From NCBI GenBank assembly GCA_964019425.1, contig OZ025800.1, positions 930,001 to 994,000 on the forward strand: a DNA stretch of 64,000 nucleotides, in the 5' to 3' direction. The translations under genes and the position numbers were made by a program. The DNA is from Flectonema sp. DT1601. Taxonomy: Eukaryota. This document shows positions 25,798 to 34,802 of the stretch, piece by piece (positions within the stretch are counted from its first letter, which is position 1; each line of letters opens with the position of its first letter). The notes below the pieces were generated by a model, which was given only the letters and a program-made list of their open reading frames with translations, made no database searches and was not told where the DNA came from.

Positions 25798-27627
25798 CTA
25801 TGTTGGCACACTCTTATCACAAAGACCTTCCGAAAGATTTGACGAAGGTACTGGTGAAGTCGGAGAAAGCGGTACTGCCAGCTGTAAATTAAGAGAGGCT
25901 CCACTCTTGTCTGAGTTATTTGCATCCCCCGTTGTGATAGCTGCGGGAAAGTGACACTCACAGCCCAAGCAAATTCTAACAGGTGTATTATATCCTAAAA
26001 ACGGAATAAGGGTTTTTAATGGAGAGCAAGAAGAGCAAATCACCTGACCACAGGCACGGCAGTGGTGGCGGCGACGAAACCATTTAAACTCTTTTAAACA
26101 AACATTACATTCAATAGCATCAATGTCGGGTATTTGAATAGGACGATTCTTAATAAATTCATCATCCTCAACTGCTGATAAGTCAACTGCATCCGGTTGA
26201 GGAGCACCCTCAGGACTTTCAATACCGAAGTCTTCGTTAGTGTCGTCGTTAGATGGAAGTGGTGGGTTCTCGAGAGCAAGAGATACTCGTGAGGGATAAG
26301 ACTTGGAAATACCATTTTCAGAGCCACTATCTCCGCAGTCTTCCTCTTCTAACATTTCTACTGCAGTTCTGAATCTATCACTGAAATCACCTTCCTGAAG
26401 CAGCACCAGCGACAGCAGGATTTCTCTGAAAGGGATCACGCCATTATTTCCCCAATTAAAAACCTTCGCAAACCCTGAATTGATCTCCGCGGCTTTCATC
26501 AGCTCTCCCAACTCGTCTCTTGACACTGGACCGTCGAGGCTTCCTTTCCATCTGGAGCGGATTTCTTCTATCAATTCTCTTGTTATTTCAGATCTTTTTA
26601 TAAATTCTAATCGATCATCTACTTTGTCACGCTTCGCGCTTCTGCTGCTGCCGCTGCTGCCACTGCTGTTACTTCCTCTTGCCATCATCCTGGATTGAAT
26701 TCGACGAGTTCTTTTGATCCAATCATCAGTTAAGATTTCCTTAGTCATATTAGCAACTTCAACAAGACCAGAAGGATCATAAAGCGAAGCAGTTCCATGT
26801 AAGAAACTACTCACGGCATCATCAACTGTTTCCGCACTAAGCAATTCCGCTTTAAGGAGCATTACTAACGAAGCAGTAAGCCTCAACAGTACTATCCTTG
26901 GATTTTCTGCGTTAAACATAGCCTTCCACAACTGCAAGACTGCTTCCGCCGGTGTACCCCTAGCAAATAAACAGACCAAATATTGAGTAAATACCGCCGA
27001 ACAAGAAAACCCCAAGGTGCTAAGATGGACCCACAACTTTGGTTCCAACTCTTGCAACATAAGCTCTAGAACTGCTAAATCAACAATAACACCTTTGAGG
27101 CCTTTGTAGTAGTCAGGAACAATCTGCTCAACGATATTTGATAGAAGCCAAAAGGCTTCTTCTTCAGAAGCAATTCTACCCAGTAGCGCTGTGATGTAGT
27201 TCATACCTTGGCAGTAACCAACTTCGCGATTTCGAAGAACATACGCGTGAAGAATTTTTTCGCAGTTGCGCTTAATTGAAGATTCAGAAACGTGGCCTGG
27301 GCATGTTCGAGGTATGTCTCGCTCTACTTCTCTATAAGCAGATTCAACTTCTTCATACGCACGTACAACCGCTGGATGTTGTTTGTCAAGAACGCCGCTT
27401 TGCCGAGTTGCCCACTTCAAATTCTTGTAATATCCTTCTTCATTATACCAAATTAACTTCTCAATTGATCTCGTTGGCCACAACCACCGCCCCCATCCCC
27501 CTTTCTCAGCTACTTCTTCGTGAAGCGCGCTTTGTTGTGCTGATCCTGACCACCTCACATGCGATACATCATTAGCAACTACATATCCGAATACATCACG
27601 TTTGTTACCATCGTCGGTTTCGTTCAT
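25798..27627 (-). CDS. TBC-domain Rab-GAP with a C-terminal FYVE finger
   Basis: R-finger ERDIPRT and Q-finger GYCQGMNY are intact. FYVE CNVC..FKWFRRRHHCRACGQVICSSCS..VRICLGC. First plausible ATG at 27627. Confidence 0.88.
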   Translation of the reverse strand: MNETDDGNKRDVFGYVVANDVSHVRWSGSAQQSALHEEVAEKGGWGRWLWPTRSIEKLIWYNEEGYYKNLKWATRQSGVLDKQHPAVVRAYEEVESAYREVERDIPRTCPGHVSESSIKRNCEKILHAYVLRNREVGYCQGMNYITALLGRIASEEEAFWLLSNIVEQIVPDYYKGLKGVIVDLAVLELMLQELEPKLWVHLSTLGFSCSAVFTQYLVCLFARGTPAEAVLQLWKAMFNAENPRIVLLRLTASLVMLLKAELLSAETVDDAVSSFLHGTASLYDPSGLVEVANMTKEILTDDWIKRTRRIQSRMMARGSNSSGSSGSSRSAKRDKVDDRLEFIKRSEITRELIEEIRSRWKGSLDGPVSRDELGELMKAAEINSGFAKVFNWGNNGVIPFREILLSLVLLQEGDFSDRFRTAVEMLEEEDCGDSGSENGISKSYPSRVSLALENPPLPSNDDTNEDFGIESPEGAPQPDAVDLSAVEDDEFIKNRPIQIPDIDAIECNVCLKEFKWFRRRHHCRACGQVICSSCSPLKTLIPFLGYNTPVRICLGCECHFPAAITTGDANNSDKSGASLNLQLAVPLSPTSPVPSSNLSEGLCDKSVPT

Positions 27628-27840
27628 GTTACTATTGGGAATACATATATCATTTATTGATTTTACTCTGATTCTCTTTGACAGCGAACCACCTGCAGAT
27701 GAAAGAATCAACTTTAAGGAGAATTCGTAAAAATAATAGTTAACACACAACAGAAACCAAGTATCCTTAAGTGGCTGTTACTTGAATTATAGATGCTTTG
27801 CCACAATGCTGTTAAGGGGAAATATAAGTGATGGTGGGTT

Positions 27841-28630
27841 TCAAGTACACAATTTGCATGATTTTATAACTAACAACTTTGCTTCAGCAACAGGAATAAG
27901 GGACTGGACACTTTCTGAATTCGCTATCTTCCCCCTTATCTCCACGATCCAATCTGGAACTTGGACAAACTCTTCTGACAATCTCTTATTGTGGAACTGT
28001 CCTTGTGTCCTTGTTAACTCCACTACCTCCAACATCCATCTGCTCCCCCTCCCTCTACTAACAGGACTTGTTTTCCTCATTACATCAGACTCTAGTCCAC
28101 GCGTTACACTCATAAAGTAATTTAGCTTGTCAAGTTCATCAATCATATCTTGCGAGTTTCTTATATTTATAATATTCTCAAGTTGACTGATAAGTTGATT
28201 AAACTCAGACTCTGTTATCTCATTTGTGAATATATCAAGGCGTTGTTAGGAATTTATTTATTCGTTCGGTCTTCCTGTTGAGTACTAAATCTTTCACAAG
28301 GGTATGATTGTGCACCATCTCCTTTAGTGATTTCGATGACTGTCGATGTTGCATCTGTTGGAATTGCGAATGAATCTGCCGTTGCATCCCTATCCTCCTC
28401 GACATGAAATTGTTTTCAGAGTTGATCTGTATTGCGCTTCTCCCTCTCATCCATCAAGGCATTGGATACCCTTGTACATCAATCTAGGCTCAGAGGTCAG
28501 TTTTTTGAGCCTCGCACTTTCCCTATTATCGACATCAGCCAGCCTCCAGCCTCACCTTGAGTCTCTCCATCTGTTTCAGAGGTTTGATTCTGTCGTTCGT
28601 GTTTTCTATTTTACCGTGATTAACCTCCAG
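27841..28630 (-). pseudogene. Broken ORF fragments downstream of the viral-type ATPase; probably decayed genes of the same element
   Basis: Several short, same-strand, coding-like frames (27841-28146, 28235-28450) with stops and frameshifts. No host-like poly-A/T spacers. Confidence 0.35.
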
Positions 28631-29297
28631 TAGGGTGTCCAACCCCTTCCTGAATCTCATATCCATGTCTGGAGGTTGTTATCGATGTTGATGAAACCGC
28701 ATCTCCAACCCTCGAAACCACGACTTGAAAGGGTCGCGGTTCACCCCTGACTCTACTCGATTGTGAATAGTAGTTACCTTGTGATCGTTCATCCTATAAA
28801 GTATGTAGCAACTCACGTTGTCTCGAATTAGCTTTGGCATATTGAAGAACGATTGACTGATGTAGATGGTTGAGATGTTGAGGTGTCGTCCACGAGAGAA
28901 GAGCTCAATGGATTTCTTCTGATCACATTCAAGTATGATGTCGTCCAATACTATCAGATTCCACAACTCCCGATTCAGGGTGTCGATGTCGAAAGTATCA
29001 ATTGAGTCATGGGCTTCGAAGATGGTTGGACAATCCTGAGCCTTCTTGTATAACTTTTCTTGCTTCTCTCCGAATATTTGGATGAGGTTGATACTTAGGT
29101 TAGTACAGAGAGGTTGAGATTATTGCGAGGGTGTCATAACAGGGTAGATTCTTGTCGAGTAACAGACTCATTACCACATTCGTCTTCCTACATCCCGAAG
29201 GTCCGGCAACCAGCATTCTGAACAGCCATTGCGGTGTTATGAGTGAGTTGTTTCTATACTGATGTGAGGCAGCCTGATCATAGTTCTTGATATTCAT
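28630..29297 (-). pseudogene. A32/FtsK-HerA-type DNA packaging ATPase of a Polinton/adintovirus/PLV-like element (inactivated)
   Basis: RMLVAGPSGCRKT (Walker A with G to R), SLY*PKY (in-frame TAA at 29100-29102 where Q is typical), LIVLDD (Walker B), LFSRGRHLNISTIYISQSFF..PKLIRDN. Frameshifted C-terminus GFINID...RFRKGLD. Confidence 0.8.
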
Positions 29298-29321
29298 CTC
29301 TTTTTAGATCCATAAGCTAAT

Positions 29322-29451
29322 AAACTTTGTGTGGAGCTGGCTGTATTTTTAAAACTTTGTGCGTGGAGCTGGCTGTTTTTTTGAAACTTTGTGCGTGGAG
29401 CTGGCTATTTTTTAAAACTTTGTGTGTGGAGCTGGCTGTTTTTTAAAACTT
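29322..29451. repeat. Left stub of the 32-bp satellite (~4 units)
   Basis: AAACTTTGTGYGTGGAGCTGGCTRTTTTTT units, cut off from the main array by the TIR element. Confidence 0.95.
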
Positions 29452-29511
29452 GGGAAAACCTCTAATCCAGACACAAAAGTTTCCGAAACCGCCAACTCTA
29501 TACAAAAAAAG

Positions 29512-29588
29512 TGCCTTGTGGCCTGTGGTTAAAAAATCCGCCACCCGGAATCGAACTTGCCGAATTTAAGGCAGACTTTTTTTTTTTT
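29512..29588 (+). promoter_or_regulatory. tRNA-like / Pol III-like cassette inside the left TIR
   Basis: 7-bp acceptor-like stem TGCCTTG/TAAGGCA, A-box-like TGGCCTGTGG at position 8, B-box-like GGAATCGAACT (AGTTCGATTCC on the minus strand), then T12. Confidence 0.45.
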
Positions 29589-30300
29589 CTGAAAAATGCG
29601 TTGAGTAATTTTAAATCTCCTCACAATTTTTTCTAAACAAACATGCCTGCTTCTGATGGGAGACACTTTTGGGACGCGTGACAAGTTCACAAAGAGTTTT
29701 TCTCAGATTATTTTGGACGTTCTTGCACCACGTCCGCCTGCCAATGTTTAGCTTGTACTAACATCATTGCCTCAAACCACCAGCACATCGTTTAAGGTGG
29801 TCTCTATGGAGGTGGGTGTTACAGTGGCACCAACTGCCCTTACATTGGCAACAGCTGTACAAGCACCCACTGAAGGGATGTAAGCACCTTGTTGACAAAG
29901 GCCCAAACGAAGATGCATCGATCATTGTATGCAAAAATGACTTCCAGGGATGAAGCCGACGGAAGACACAGAGGGGATGGATATATGGGGCAGACACTCT
30001 GGAACGTTGGTCAGACGCTTAATTGGCCCAAAGACGTACCCTGACCGAACGAATGTGGTGTGATTCAAAGGAGGGCTTGTTGTTTATGATCGGAAAATCA
30101 ATCTTCGTGTGCCAAAGAGCCATCGGGGCGCAGGATTGTAACTCCACCGCCTTTGCCAGGATAACCTTCGCCACAGCAACAGTCCGTACCTGACGGCACA
30201 AAACCTCGTATTCAAGTTATCAACAAGTTCCTCAAGTTATCAAGTACAGTTAGTCAGTACAGTTAGTCACTCAACATTGTGTTGACATTTTGAGGCAAAC

Positions 30301-30385
30301 AAAAAAAAAGGTTTGCAGCCGGGTTCGAACCCGCGAATTGCACCTCAGAAGACCGCGGTAACACCCACTGGGCCACCGTGTCAGC
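30301..30385 (-). promoter_or_regulatory. tRNA-derived Pol III-like cassette (A box, B box, oligo-T) originally next to the right TIR
   Basis: A-box TGGCCCAGTGG (30375-30365), B-box GGTTCGAACCC (30331-30321), T9 terminator. No complete cloverleaf. Confidence 0.55.
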
Positions 30386-30890
30386 AACAAAAAATAAATT
30401 TTTTTTTTTTTTTTTTGGTTACACTCGTCTGTGCTACCAAACTCTTTGTTTTTGTTCTTTTCACTTCTATGTTTTGTCTTTCTTTTATACTTTCTTTTTA
30501 ACTTAAGTCTGACAAATTGGAAAACACGGGAAACATAGGTAGGCTCCGCCTGAGGACGTAAGAAGAGCGGCAACGGAAAAATAAATGGTCACGCGTCCTT
30601 GAAATTGGACACATGAAGCTAATTCGGTTGCCATTCCTACCATCGATAAGGAAAAACAAAGAATCGAGCATATAACTAGAGCGGTGGTCAAAGACCACTT
30701 GAACAGCCCGAAGGCCTGCCCTCAAGAGAAATTTATAAGGAGAATAGGAGAAGAAGGAGACAGGAGTGTTGGATGAGACACTGCGACAACACCGAAGGTG
30801 ATGTGCAGTTACCCAACCAGGAGATGATTGATAATGATGAAAATACTAAAATAATAACAAATTGATATTGGCGACTACATGTCACCTACT

Positions 30891-33800
30891 TTACTTCCAA
30901 AGTCTAAGGTTAGATGTTTGTTCCATCCACCTTATGATCAACGCGAGTGATGGAAGCCACGCCAAAGTGAAGAGAGCTTCAAGGTTAGGAATTTCGTTGG
31001 CAATAATAAGTTCTCGATCGCGATCCCACTTGCCGGTCAGTGTTGAGAAGCCCAGGATTTTGAACCTGGCAGAGTCGAGTTTGGGAGATTGACATCCCTG
31101 CAGCAGGTGAACCTGTGAGGACGGTTCGCCACAAAATGGGCAGTCGATCGTCTTGCGCCAGTTCTGAATTAGCGGGTGACATCCTGTCCGGAAGTTCGCT
31201 ATCCGTATCTCGTCGGCTCTTTCCATCCCAGGAGGGTATTTAACGGAACGGCCTCTGATGAGGTGTTTGTAGCAGGTGTAACCACTCACGTTAAGCAGAT
31301 CCTTTTTGATGCAGCGCTTCACATGTGATGATCGCGAGAAGTACGTGCCTTTGACTAGCACAGGTCGGATGTTCTTGTTGTGCGCTGCTTCCTTTGCAAG
31401 CGCGTCAACTTCATCGTGAAACTCGATTCCAATGTGCGAGGGGATGAATTGCAAATGCACTTTCATCTCACACATGCGCAGGTATTCCAGTATCTTGAGG
31501 GACTCGGTATTCCTCTGTCTGCACCTTCCACCCAGCAGTTCATCCAGAAGGGATTTTGAGTCCGTGAATATCCTCACAGATTTCATTGAACGATCTTTGC
31601 TAAACACTGTTCTCAGATGTCTAGCCGCGTTCTTCAGAGCATGTTGTTCAGCCCTGTAGCTGCAGTCAGCTTGATAAAGCCTAGACGCGTAAGCAGATCG
31701 AAGGCCGCTACGTGACTTGGCAATATGAGCCGCACCGGCCGCGCCGGAAGCAGAGTAGGAGCCATCGCAGTTGATTACCATGTCGACAGGAGGCAACGTT
31801 CCAATGTACGACATGAACTTTTCTTTGTCCACCGCAGGGTTCGCGGACTTCGGAAATCCGCAGCTGTTGCTAATCCTAAGGTTCGTCGGAGATACCCAGG
31901 GTTCCATCGAGTCAGGCTGCACAAGGCACTGGCTTTCACGCTGACTATCAGTGCCAGGGATTAGGCCAGCCCAGTAGCTTTGTGTTGAGGCGAGTCTGTT
32001 TGTATTAGGTATCCAAGTCATGGCTTTATACCGGTAGTACGCAATTTTTGTCTGCTTTTCAATCTGACGTTTAAAAGGATACATGTCAGACTCCCACAAC
32101 AGTAACTCTCTTGGCGTACACTTGCTGCATCCAGTAACCAGTCTGGCGACCTTCCTCAGTTCGAAGTCGATGCTGTCAACGCTGCTGCTTATCAGCCAAC
32201 CAAAACTGTCAAGCGCATACGAGATTCTCGCGGTTACATAAAGGTTCTTAACCATGTTAAGAGTCTTGTAGTCCAGTTCGTACGGCTGGAGGCACTGCAG
32301 AAGTGATATCCCCCTCTTTAATTCTTCGTGAATCTTGCCTACTTGTTTGTGGAAGGTGAGCCTGTCGTCGATGTGAACCCCGAGGTATTTTACTGAGTCG
32401 ACTATCGGTAACAGAAAGGCAGTTTTGAATATTGTTCTCACAACCATAATGCTGTCCTCACGAACGACGTATTGCAGCATCAAGTTGTCGAGTTCTTCTT
32501 GTGTCTTGATTGGGATTCCTCCAATTTCAAGAATAGTTTCGCCACTTTGAAGCATGGGTCTGGGTGATTTGAGATTGATATGCTTCTCGATGTCACCATA
32601 GTCAAGTTTAAGCATGCGTTCCTCAACAGATCTAGAGAAAAGCAGTTCGCGATTACACGTATCGTTTAGTACTATGCCCTTCGAGCGAACATTCATCTTA
32701 AGCGCACAGGTTTTGGAGACTGATAAGGCCATGTCGTTTTCAAAACACCATTGATCCACTTTGTCGAGTACTAACTGAGCATTCGAAAGAGCTTCTTCCA
32801 TGTTTGATCCTGACACCACACATGCTGTGTCATCCGCATACAGAGCAGACGTCGTTGTTTCCTTCTCCAGTTCCAAAATCTTGCAGAGGTCATCAACGTA
32901 GATAAGATAGAGAAGAGGACCCAGGATCGATCCCTGGGGAACCCCCTTAGCCAGAGTACGGAATTCGCTAAAATACCCATTCGCTTCAACTCTAACCTTC
33001 CTGTTTGTAAGAAAGTCTGTGATCCATCTGATAATAACATTCGGAACACCCATCTTTACTAATTTTAATAAAAGTATCTTATGGTTGATCCTGTCAAACG
33101 CAGCAGTAAAGTCGAATGACAAGAACACTGATCTCTTTTCTTCCATGTGGCTCCTTACGATAGCATCTACTAGAACGGTGATCTGCTCGCAGGTATTTCT
33201 CCCCTTTCTGAATCCAGCCTGTAGTGGGCTGAGCGACGAATGTTTTGTGAGCCAGTGCATGAGTCGGTCATACACGAGCCTCTCCGCAAGTTTCCCAACA
33301 ACCGAGGTGAGCGTTATTGGTCTGAAACTCTTTAGTTCATTACGAGGTTTCCCTGCCTTGAACATGGGCTTGATTAGTCCCTGTTTCCATTGGTACGGTA
33401 CTTTTGAAGTCTTCCAGGAAGTGTTAATAATTCTCAAGAGGTATTCCACTGTTGCCGGAGTGAAGTTTTTGATCATCTCATTGTGAACTCCATCAGGTCC
33501 TGCAGCCTTGCGGGTCTTCAGGTTCTTAATCGCAGCTTTAATTTCAGCCATTGTGAAATCACAGCAAATATCTATTTCATTATCACCTTCTGAGAGTGCG
33601 GGGGCCTCTAGCGATAATATTTCCGATTTCGAGACAAACAGGTCCAAGAATGCTGATGGTAGATCGCAGTCAGAGATGTTGTTGACACTGATATCTTTAC
33701 CAGCATCTTGCTGCAGTTCTTTGATCTTCTTAAACGCAAAGGCAAAGTTGTTACCCTTGTCAAGTTGATCACGTAGGTGGACACCCTTCGATTTGGTAGA

Positions 33801-34802
33801 ATCTGGAGTTGACGTCTTCCACTTTCGTCTCCGTTTCCCTTTGAAAAGGAGACGTCGACGAATGAATTTAGCCGCCACTTCATGCAGTATGTTGTTAAAG
33901 AGCTTGGCATTCGCAGTTGCATCATCGGAGAGTCTTGATTTTCTAATTCTCTTTTCGAGCATGGTCCCAAAGCAGTTCCAGTCCGTAGACTTGAAGTCCC
34001 ATACAACGCGTTTCTTCGAACCTATCGTGGCCCGTGCAAGTTGGCACATGGGATCCAGTACGGTGTAGAGAGGTCGATGATCTGACCCATGTTTATTATC
34101 TTCTTCAATTGCACTAAATTCTTCAAGAACCATCGAGTTTGAAAAGAATACTACATCTGGCGAGGTACCACCCCCCGGGACGTCAGGAAAAGGCCTTGTG
34201 ATTGACCCCATCTTGTTAGCAACCAGTAGATCATTTTGAGCTGCCCATGCATGTAGAGTTGAACCTGCTCTCGTCGATTTAAGTGACCACACCGGATGAT
34301 GGGCATTAAAGTCACCCGCGACGATTGCTTTCGTTGAGACTGGAAGATCTGACTCTCTGATCATGCATCCCGGGGGAGCATAAACATTGATGATGTCAAT
34401 CTTTCCACCTATGTTGACCTTCACGACCTCGACATCATTAAAGTGTGGCGGAAGCTCCATGTTCAAACGCTGCTGAGTGTGGCATTTTTTCACCATAGAA
34501 ATAACCCCTCCACCTCGTGTTGCCCTATCATTCCGATAGGTGAAATAGTCCGTGTGCGAAATTACATCATTCGTCCAAGTCTCCTGTAGGCACAGTACGT
34601 CAGGCGCATAGGCATTAAGCAGCTTGTGAATATAAGCGCCTTTGTTCCCCATCGATCGACAGTTCCAGCTCAGTAGAGATATGAGAGAGTTGTCAGGGCC
34701 AGGGTTGCGTTCGACGTCGCCTGCCTTTAGCAGCAGTTCACGAGCCGTATCCTTTTCCACAAGTGAGTTGGTCGGACTGAGTTCATCCTCATCGTCATCT
34801 AG
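30891..34802 (-). CDS. LINE ORF2: 2A peptide, apurinic-like endonuclease, reverse transcriptase, RNase H, zinc finger
   Basis: LLLKAGDVERNPGP. APE motifs SWNCR, LQET, GDFNAH, SDH. RT motifs QAGFR, DFTAAFD, GVPQGS, YADD, KYLGV. RNase H motifs CDGS, AE, TDS, PSH. CPFC..HLL..C. No internal stops. Confidence 0.92.
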   Translation of the reverse strand, partial: LDDDEDELSPTNSLVEKDTARELLLKAGDVERNPGPDNSLISLLSWNCRSMGNKGAYIHKLLNAYAPDVLCLQETWTNDVISHTDYFTYRNDRATRGGGVISMVKKCHTQQRLNMELPPHFNDVEVVKVNIGGKIDIINVYAPPGCMIRESDLPVSTKAIVAGDFNAHHPVWSLKSTRAGSTLHAWAAQNDLLVANKMGSITRPFPDVPGGGTSPDVVFFSNSMVLEEFSAIEEDNKHGSDHRPLYTVLDPMCQLARATIGSKKRVVWDFKSTDWNCFGTMLEKRIRKSRLSDDATANAKLFNNILHEVAAKFIRRRLLFKGKRRRKWKTSTPDSTKSKGVHLRDQLDKGNNFAFAFKKIKELQQDAGKDISVNNISDCDLPSAFLDLFVSKSEILSLEAPALSEGDNEIDICCDFTMAEIKAAIKNLKTRKAAGPDGVHNEMIKNFTPATVEYLLRIINTSWKTSKVPYQWKQGLIKPMFKAGKPRNELKSFRPITLTSVVGKLAERLVYDRLMHWLTKHSSLSPLQAGFRKGRNTCEQITVLVDAIVRSHMEEKRSVFLSFDFTAAFDRINHKILLLKLVKMGVPNVIIRWITDFLTNRKVRVEANGYFSEFRTLAKGVPQGSILGPLLYLIYVDDLCKILELEKETTTSALYADDTACVVSGSNMEEALSNAQLVLDKVDQWCFENDMALSVSKTCALKMNVRSKGIVLNDTCNRELLFSRSVEERMLKLDYGDIEKHINLKSPRPMLQSGETILEIGGIPIKTQEELDNLMLQYVVREDSIMVVRTIFKTAFLLPIVDSVKYLGVHIDDRLTFHKQVGKIHEELKRGISLLQCLQPYELDYKTLNMVKNLYVTARISYALDSFGWLISSSVDSIDFELRKVARLVTGCSKCTPRELLLWESDMYPFKRQIEKQTKIAYYRYKAMTWIPNTNRLASTQSYWAGLIPGTDSQRESQCLVQPDSMEPWVSPTNLRISNSCGFPKSANPAVDKEKFMSYIGTLPPVDMVINCDGSYSASGAAGAAHIAKSRSGLRSAYASRLYQADCSYRAEQHALKNAARHLRTVFSKDRSMKSVRIFTDSKSLLDELLGGRCRQRNTESLKILEYLRMCEMKVHLQFIPSHIGIEFHDEVDALAKEAAHNKNIRPVLVKGTYFSRSSHVKRCIKKDLLNVSGYTCYKHLIRGRSVKYPPGMERADEIRIANFRTGCHPLIQNWRKTIDCPFCGEPSSQVHLLQGCQSPKLDSARFKILGFSTLTGKWDRDRELIIANEIPNLEALFTLAWLPSLALIIRWMEQTSNLRLWK

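Noticed and set aside
29640..30270. MULE transposase remnants (GDTF.TRDKF; WQQ..GCKH SWIM-like)
   Set aside because: Fragments lie in different frames with many stops. Too weak to call without a profile search.
30301..30385. Functional tRNA gene
   Set aside because: A and B boxes are present, but the acceptor and anticodon stems do not pair. Kept only as a tRNA-like cassette.
30538..30590. Hammerhead ribozyme (CTGAGGA...GAAA) antisense to the LINE 3' UTR
   Set aside because: Stem II is only 3 bp, and stems I and III cannot be formed around a cleavage triplet.
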